DNA of 53,378 nt. Source: Octopus bimaculoides. Its lineage: Eukaryota. Below, piece by piece: positions 48,648 through 53,378 of this stretch. The stretch lies in assembly GCF_001194135.2 (NCBI RefSeq), contig NC_068993.1, positions 2,893,092-2,946,469 of the forward strand, given 5' to 3'. A program made the translations under genes and the position numbers. The first letter of the stretch is position 1; each line of letters begins with the position of its first letter. The notes below the pieces were generated by a model. That model did not search any database. It saw nothing but the letters and a program-made list of their open reading frames with translations, and had not been told where the DNA came from.

Positions 48648-49389
48648 TGTTGTAGTGGTAGTGGCGGTGGTGGAGGTGGTGGTGGTTTTAGTGGTGGTAG
48701 TGGTTAGGATATTAATGGTGATGATGATGGTGGTAATAATGATGTGGTTGTGTGGTGGTGGTAGTAGTAATAGAAGCAGCAGCAGCAGCAGAAATGGTGG
48801 TGGTGGTGGTGCTATTATTGCAGGAACTTATAGCAAATGTCTTGAAATATCGCTGCTGTACTTTGGTCTTGAACAGAAAGGTAGGATGATAAAATGAACT
48901 CCATTCAACTATGACTGTCAAAGTCATATTTCAACGCTACAAAACCATTTTACTTTTTATTTTTTTCCCCTTCTTCTTCTTCATCTAAACAACTTCAACA
49001 TCACTTCTCTTTGATAAAAAGAAAAGTCTACCAGTCTGAAAAAGATGCCAGATAGATTACCGATGATCTATGTTGGAAGCTGTAACTCTTTTAGGCACCT
49101 CCTCAGAAGGGATGTCATGCACATGAAAAATAGGGATGGTCATTTGCTTCTCAACTAACGAAATTCCTCAATGTGTGAAGCTGGTTTTCTAGGCATTGTG
49201 TTTTTTCTATCCTTGACTCAGACAGTTTTTTTCTTTTTGTTTATATAATGTTATATATCCGTAAGATCGTAGTAAAATTTATTACTGCTGAGATTTGTAT
49301 CTCAACTTATGTTTCTTGCGAGTTTCGGTGTTGTAAATTTATCATTGAGCAAGCTAATAGAATCATACATGTAAACCGTTAAATATGTG

Positions 49390-49810
49390 ATCATAGTGAA
49401 CAGTGTAACATGGTGAACATCATGGTAAAGTTAACACAAGGATATAGGTAATGTCATGATGTTGTTAATTTTGTAATATAGTTGATATTGTAACGTGGGT
49501 AATTTTGTAACAGGGTGAAGCTTGTTACATCAACATCGTAACATAATGAACACTGTGGTAAGGTTAACAAGGATATGGTTAACATGGTGATGCAGTTAAT
49601 GTTACAGCATGCTGTACAATTTTAATTGTTGTAATATATTGAATATTGTGGTCAAGTTAACATTCTGATGCAGTTCCTACTGTAACATAATGAGCATTGT
49701 GACACAATGAGTATTGTGACATAATGAGCATTGTGACATAAGGAGTTGAGTGGTAAAATCAACAGTGTACATAATTAACATTTTAATGTAGTTAACATTG
49801 TAACATAGTT
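49390..49810. repeat. degenerate 17-bp minisatellite
   Basis: Clearest units TGTAACATAATGAGCAT/TGTGACACAATGAGTAT/TGTGACATAATGAGCAT/TGTGACATAAGGAGT at 49681-49746. Decayed variants (TGTAACAT.GT.AACA) occur on both sides. Confidence 0.75.
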
Positions 49811-49811
49811 A

Positions 49812-49960
49812 GTCTTGGTTTCGAATTTTGGCACCAGACCAGCAGCTACACAGGAGGGATAAGTGGATTACATCAATCTCAGTACATAGCTGCTACCTAC
49901 TGTAAGCATGAAAGGCAATGGTGACCCCAGCAGTTTTTGGATTCAGAATATAAAGAAAGA
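49812..49960 (-). mobile_element. SINE family B, diverged
   Basis: TGGTTTCGAATTTTGGCACCAGACCAGC...GATTACATCAATCTCAGTAC...ATGAAAGGCAATGGTGACC. Confidence 0.6.
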
Positions 49961-50022
49961 TGAAATGTTGTTAGGATTTTGCCAGACATCTTGCCTTAGT
50001 AAGATGATCAATATTCTTTTTT

Positions 50023-50360
50023 CTTTTATCTGTTTATTTGCTTCAGTCACTTGCCTGTGGCCATGCTGGAGCACTGCCTTTAGTCGAACAAATTGACCCT
50101 AGGACTTATTCTTCGTAAGCCTAGTACTTATTTTATCCGTCTCTTTTGCTGAACTGCTAGGTTACGGGGACTTAAATACACCAACATCGGTTGTCAAGCG
50201 ATGCTTGGGGGACAAACACAGACACACAAATATGTACATACATACATACATACATACATACATACATAAATATGCATACGACAGGCTTCTTTCAATTTCC
50301 ATCTACCAAATCCACACACAAGGCTTTGGTTGACCCAAGGTGCTACACAGTGGGACTGAG
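50023..50360 (-). mobile_element. composite SINE: head A + (TATG)n microsatellite + tail C
   Basis: Continuous on the minus strand: head at 50280-50360, (ATAC)n at 50235-50270, tail at 50023-50225. Confidence 0.8.
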
Positions 50361-50479
50361 GCCTATAATATTGTAATATAATTAACATCATGATACAGGA
50401 AATGTGATGTCATTGATAATATAGTATAGTTAAGAACAAGGCATGGTTAACAAGAGATGTTATTGGAAATATCCCATAC

Positions 50480-50634
50480 CTGATTGTAAACATTACCAAC
50501 ATAGTAACTTCACCACCATTTTTATCTCTCCTTCCATCTCTACACACATTACATCCATCCAATTTTCTACAATGTGGATAATTGTGTGTTTCCTTGACTG
50601 TAAGAAACCTGTTCCTGCCCCTTCCTTCATATTC
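50480..50634 (-). pseudogene. LINE AP-endonuclease domain remnant
   Basis: The open frame EYEGRGRNRFLTVKETHNYPHCRKLDGCNVCRDGRRDKNGGEVTMLVMFTI resembles the LINE EN motifs '(L/I)xVxET(H/W)' and 'IDGYxxxRxDRxxxxGGGVAxxV'. Confidence 0.55.
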
Positions 50635-50719
50635 TCACCTTTCAGCACCTACATAAAGCAGTTTCCCTGTCTATTGGAGCCTCGCTCAACTAAAAGAGGA
50701 TATTAGCCCTGTGAACCAC

Positions 50720-50910
50720 ATGGGGACTTCACTAGTGCTGGTGCCATGGAAAAAACACCCTGTAAACTTTGTAAAAAGGTTGCCATTAAGAAGAGCATCC
50801 AGCTGTAGAAACCACAACAAAGCAGGCATTGGAGTGTGATGCAGTTCTTAGAGACCAATTAGATCCTGTCTAACAATCCAGTTGATGCCAGCACAGAATT
50901 CGAACCTGAA
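50720..50910 (+). mobile_element. RTE-type LINE 3' UTR fragment with (GAT/GTT)n tail
   Basis: GTGCTGGTGCCATGGAAAAAACACCC...GTTGCCATTAAGAAGAGCATCCAGCTGTAGAAACCAC. Confidence 0.65.
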
Positions 50911-51772
50911 TGGTTGATGTTGATGTTGATTGTCAGTGACTCCTTTAGTGAACAGTCAAGTAAACACTCAATTTTATTGAAGATGTTTTATATAGCTTTT
51001 AAAATGGAAACATTAGGTAAATGGGTGCTGTGATACGTAGGAAGTTATGCAAATCATTTCTTTGACTGCTTACAAAATATTACTCAAATACACACACATA
51101 CATATGTACACTCATACACACACACACATACATACATAGATATTCATATTTGTATGTATGTAAGTGATGATGACAATTATGATGATGATGATGATACACT
51201 CACACAAATATGTACACACATGCATACACACACACTCATACATATACATACATAGAATTTGATAATGCTATTTTATAGGAAACCATGTTAACGCCAAACA
51301 GTGCTCCCCCTACCTCCACCTCAGACAACTGAACCATTTAAAATTAAATAATCATAAAGTTAACGATGTTCTTGACCTGAGTTTTCTACCAGAACATTCT
51401 AGTTTTAAAGAAATAACATAACAGAATAAAGAATAACAACAAAAAAAGCAAACAAAAAATTGTAAAGTCAAATGGTTGTTTTGTTAAAGAAATATCTAAA
51501 ACTATTTCAATAAATAGATTTAAAATATGGCAGAAAAATATATAAATTTTACCATCTCTTCCTTTCTCTCTACTCATACATACATACACACATACATACA
51601 TGCATGCATGCCTGCATACATACATACATACATACATACATACATACATACGTATATGACCATAGAAAATCCACTGCAGTAAATTGAATTTGACCAATGT
51701 GAGCACAGAAAAGAGAAGATTATGATGATGATGACATACATATGTATGTTTGTATGTATGTATGCTTGTATG

Positions 51773-51804
<32 letters not shown>

Positions 51805-52300
51805 AACATATATGTATATACACACACACACACACACATATATATATTATATATATATATATGTATATAAATGCTTGTTTTTATGAAGTTATGATAAAAA
51901 CAATTTTACATTAATTTGATGGGTTATGCCATACCTTTGTAGAGAACAAATTTATTATTCTCTAACAAGAACAGTATTGACAGTAACTCCAAAGTTTTGA
52001 TCATTTATGGATAGTGTGATGATGGCTTAGATGATTGAAACTTCGAAGTTTCTGTCAATGCTATTCTTGTTAAAGAATTGTAAATATATACAAGTGCTTA
52101 TACAGGACTTAGAAAAACTGAAGGACTGCTGCAATAAGTGTGGATCAGAGAGAGGAATATGTTGAATAAAATCATAATTAACAGATCCTCCTCTATTTTC
52201 TTTTACCTAAATCCAGGAACTTTTTAAGACCCCCTCATATATGTATATATGTATATATATNNNNNNNNNNNNNNNNNNNNNNNNNNNNNNNNNNNNNNNN

Positions 52301-52335
<35 letters not shown>

Positions 52336-53202
52336 TATGCACATATATACATACATATGCGTGTTTATATGTGTATAAAAGCATCAAGATATATGAGTCA
52401 CAGTTTTGCTGTTATTTCCTTTTATGTCAGACAGTAAAAGCATTCAGCATATATTTAGACAGAAAAAATATTATTTCATCTTTAAATGAAGCATATTTAT
52501 AACCACTAATATGTAAACATGGTTTGAAAAGACTGTTGAATTCGATTTATATAAGCACAAAGCATCTGTTATCAACTAAATAGAGTGGTTACTAAGTTAC
52601 ATTAGTTACTGCATATATATATATTATATACCTACAAATACACACTCATGTGTATATATAATATATATATATGTATGTATACATATATATATTAAGTGTA
52701 AACGTTTGAAAGGCCCTTTTATAAGCTTACTAAAATGATTGCATGTACTCCATTGGGACTCTGCAGAGATAAAGAGTTTGTAACAAAACGCTATTTAATT
52801 ATGTATAATAGAGATCTTAGAGTCAGAAGAATTAGTCAATACCTTGCTGTGTTGTGCAATCTCTTAAATAGAACACCCACAGTAATAGCCGCTCATCAAT
52901 TTTTAAGGATATAAACATGTGAGATGAAAGCCGGTGAACCAATCTCAAACCATTTCATTTGATATTCTGCTATCAATTTATGAGATATTGCAGTCGTATC
53001 TCACTACTTGCTGATATTCCATTCAACTGAGACACTTCACTGCCCAGCTGGTAGTAATCACAACCTCTCCTGATATTTTGCTGTCGTAGTATTAAAACTA
53101 TTGTAAGTAAAGACATCATTAATATTTGAAGTAGTTCTAATGGAAAGGTAAATACGAACACTGGTAATAATGCTACTGCTGCTGAAGATAATCACATTAG
53201 TT

Positions 53203-53205
<3 letters not shown>

Positions 53206-53248
<43 letters not shown>

Positions 53249-53277
53249 TGATAATAATAATAATTATAATAATGATG

Positions 53278-53317
<40 letters not shown>

Positions 53318-53322
53318 TGATG

Positions 53323-53356
<34 letters not shown>

Positions 53357-53374
53357 TAATAATAATAATAATAA
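53206..53374. repeat. (AAT/GAT)n array
   Basis: Direct reading. Confidence 0.95.
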
Positions 53375-53378
53375 GTTT

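Noticed and set aside
50480-50597. 118-nt minus-strand exon candidate with good AG/GT sites
   Set aside because: The open frame is better explained as a LINE endonuclease remnant.

Overview
AT-rich, microsatellite-dense eukaryotic draft-assembly window with 16 N gaps, many bounded by (TA)n/(CA)n. The repeat families resemble, from recall only, those of an octopus-like cephalopod. I could not support any intact host protein-coding gene. Nearly all listed ORFs are translations of microsatellites or N runs, so the window looks intronic or intergenic. It contains many tRNA-derived SINE copies, 3' ends of RTE-type and R4/Dong-type LINEs, LINE endonuclease and RT remnants, three decayed Tc1/mariner transposase fragments, piggyBac-like and hAT-like MITEs, a DINE-1/HINE-like element, and several degenerate minisatellites. 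The most notable signal is two minimal type-I hammerhead ribozymes on the minus strand (6211-6253 and 9567-9623). Both have a GUC cleavage site and a palindromic helix III of the kind described for Penelope-like retroelements. The second has a fully canonical core and lies inside a 498-bp element bounded by 95-bp inverted repeats (94/95 identical) that end in TTAA. A few splice-site-flanked micro-exon candidates exist on both strands but cannot be told from chance without RNA data.
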